DNA of 64,000 nucleotides from an uncultured Chloroflexia bacterium (lineage in GTDB: Bacteria > Chloroflexota > Limnocylindria > Limnocylindrales > CSP1-4), in assembly GCA_963713975.1 (NCBI GenBank), contig OY970218.1, positions 2,496,001-2,560,000 of the forward strand, written 5' to 3'. The notes beneath the pieces were generated by a model. The model saw only the letters and a program-made list of their open reading frames with translations, ran no database searches and was not told where the DNA came from. The position numbers were made by a program, and so were the translations under genes. This document shows, piece by piece, positions 63,779 to 64,000 of the stretch (position 1 is the first letter of the stretch; every line of letters starts with the position of its first letter).

Positions 63779-63873
63779 GCGTCTCGACCCACGTCTGGGA
63801 CTTTCGTGGGGTGGCTGGACCGGGACGTGGCTGGGTAGGGTGAGGGCAAGCCACAAGCGACTGGAGGTCGCCA

Positions 63874-64000
63874 ATGTCCCTCAACACCGCTCGCCCCCGC
63901 ACCGTGGGCAGCTCTCGCCAGCCCAATGAGTTCGGGCAGGCGCTGGTCGAATACATGCTGGCCGTGGCGCTCGTCGCGGTCCTCGTGATCGGTGCCGCGC
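63874..64000 (+). CDS. Flp/Tad-type (type IVb) prepilin, truncated by the window edge
   Basis: GGAGG RBS; MSLNTARPRTVGSSRQPNEFG-QALVEYMLAVALVAVLVIGAA contains the G/xxxxEY cleavage motif and a hydrophobic helix. Confidence 0.78.
   Translation, partial: MSLNTARPRTVGSSRQPNEFGQALVEYMLAVALVAVLVIGAA

Overview
High-GC bacterial chromosomal segment. Gene style (PT-rich linkers, LPxT-type sorting signals, sortases, many apparently leaderless genes, Flp pilin) suggests a monoderm, possibly Chloroflexota or Actinomycetota; this is inference only. Most of the window concerns the cell envelope. Left part: class A PBP (partial), NUDIX hydrolase preceded by a structured-RNA candidate and four DnaA-box-like 9-mers, thymidine kinase, ABC-2 exporter, GNAT, LLM oxidoreductase, a nucleotidyltransferase, a 1375-bp non-autonomous IS1595-family element (32-bp IRs, 8-bp TSD) carrying a passenger surface-protein gene, an LCP ligase, a His-rich PadR/hemerythrin/NifX-like cluster, a canonical Cys sortase, vapBC and VanZ. 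Middle: two tandem giant secreted proteins (about 2640 and 2460 aa) built from LamG, Ig-like, metallophosphoesterase and RCC1 modules with perfect internal DNA repeats. Next is a ~17-kb minus-strand Wzx/Wzy polysaccharide locus (wzc, gmd, fcl, glycosyltransferases, methyltransferases), headed by an LPRTS-signal Ig protein, a sortase whose catalytic Cys is replaced by Ser, and a DUF4012-like protein. Right part: GT4, MacB/FtsX-type ABC transporter, ADP-forming acyl-CoA ligase, NlpC/P60, homocysteine methyltransferase domain, CoA-binding protein, YbjT-like SDR, NagD-like HAD and the start of an Flp pilin. A ~140-bp rod-like intergenic repeat occurs four times. Several frameshifts between 40.6 and 48.9 kb look like sequencing errors. 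No rRNA, tRNA or CRISPR array was recognised. All domain calls come from motif recognition by eye, not from database searches.
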